Made by a program: the position numbers and the translations under genes
Notes under the pieces: model-generated
What the model saw: the letters and a program-made list of their open reading frames with translations, nothing else
Databases searched by the model: none
What the model was told of the DNA's origin: nothing
In this document: in pieces, positions 63,055-64,000 of the stretch
Layout: each line of letters starts with the position of its first letter
Numbering within the stretch: position 1 is the stretch's first letter
Assembly (NCBI RefSeq): GCF_026571515.1
Contig: NW_026855379.1
Location: forward strand, 186,001 to 250,000
Length of the DNA: 64,000 nt
Direction: 5' to 3'
From: Ruditapes philippinarum
Taxonomy: Eukaryota

Positions 63055-64000
63055 ATGAGTACATTAAATGCAGCAATGGTGTACGACGACATTTTACTTC
63101 AAACCACATCTCTTCAAATTGTGTTCATCATATTTTACATTATAGTATTTCTGCTTGGAATAAGCGGTAACTTGCTAGTCGTTTATGTTGTCCTTCGAAA
63201 GAAGGCAATGCAAAGTACAACAAACATTAATATAGCTAATTTAGCTACATCTGATATTATGATGGGCTTATTTGCTATTCCTTTTACGCCTTTGACATTT
63301 TTTATGGAATCATGGATTTTTGGAGAGTTTTTATGTGCTTTATTGCCGATGACGATGTGTATATTAGTATACGTGTCAACTCTTTCATGTACAGTCATAG
63401 CCGTGCTCAGATATTTTGCCATTGTTTACCCCCTTAAACCAAAAATAGGACGATGTACGTGTTTCGTTATCGTAGTTTTCATTTGGACTTTGTCCACTGC
63501 CATTTCATGGCCTCTGGGATATTTCAGAAAAACAATAATTGTGAATGATACTGTGATATGTCGAAAAACATGGCCGAATGAGCAGTCTCGGCAATCCTTT
63601 ACTTTTACAAACATGATACTTCAGTATTTGATACCATGCAGTATAATTATATACTGTTACGTGCAAATTTCACTGGCATTGGACAGACGTTCAAAGTCTC
63701 GTGTTGTAAGGAATAGCACAGATTCTGAACGCGAACAAAGAGAAATACAAAGGAAACGCCGGACGAACAAAATGATGATTTATGTTGTTACGATATTTGT
63801 CGTCTGCTGGATGCCATTGAATCTGTTTCATATCATATCAGATTTCCATCAGACATACTCTCCGTACTATAGCCTGATTTTCTTCATAGCCCACCTAGTG
63901 GCTATGAGTTCTACAATATATAATCCATTTATATACGCTTTCATGAGCGAAAAATTCAAGACTGAATTCAAAGATTTACTGAGGTGTCAACAGTTTTGTG
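63055..64000 (+). CDS. Class A GPCR, sNPF/PrRP receptor-like, copy 3 (open to window end; absent from ORF track because its stop lies outside)
   Basis: Hand translation from ATG 63055 (MSTLNAAMVYDDILLQ...) has no stop through ...EKFKTEFKDLLRCQQFC; in-frame 6-nt deletion in ECL3. Confidence 0.92.
   Translation, partial: MSTLNAAMVYDDILLQTTSLQIVFIIFYIIVFLLGISGNLLVVYVVLRKKAMQSTTNINIANLATSDIMMGLFAIPFTPLTFFMESWIFGEFLCALLPMTMCILVYVSTLSCTVIAVLRYFAIVYPLKPKIGRCTCFVIVVFIWTLSTAISWPLGYFRKTIIVNDTVICRKTWPNEQSRQSFTFTNMILQYLIPCSIIIYCYVQISLALDRRSKSRVVRNSTDSEREQREIQRKRRTNKMMIYVVTIFVVCWMPLNLFHIISDFHQTYSPYYSLIFFIAHLVAMSSTIYNPFIYAFMSEKFKTEFKDLLRCQQFC

Larger units (their letters stand above)
57830..64000 (+). repeat. 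Segmental duplication, right copy
   Basis: See 46912-52340. Confidence 0.88.

Overview
AT-rich, intron-containing animal genomic DNA with three N-gaps. The SINE/MITE repertoire and gene content point to a bivalve mollusc, probably a venerid clam (inference). (1) 1-10.3 kb: the last nine coding exons of an ALMS1 orthologue, rebuilt with consistent GT-AG phases and ending in the ALMS motif. (2) 23.7-27.3 kb: a four-coding-exon gene that the ORF track shows only as fragments, encoding a 166-aa secreted protein with one DUF3011/ADEL-lectin-like domain; its introns contain minisatellites, one of them an array of TCACGTGA E-boxes. (3) 43.8-64 kb: a tandemly duplicated array of single-exon sNPF/PrRP-type class A GPCRs with three open copies (the third runs off the window end) and two pseudogenes. 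All five have LRY in place of DRY, and the amino-acid differences are concentrated in the extracellular loops. The intergenic DNA carries Sola2-like MITEs (9 copies), Meta- and CORE-type tRNA SINEs, a Harbinger MITE, an IS3EU-like foldback, Tigger and Tc1 relics, HINE-like elements and several satellites. It also has a set of long palindromes with unrelated arms that share one structural centre (tandem GA:AG mismatch plus a GNA/GNNA-capped stem). The best candidates for an undescribed system are the diversifying LRY-GPCR repertoire and the structure-conserved ssDNA hairpin elements. All family assignments come from recalled motifs; no database searches were run.
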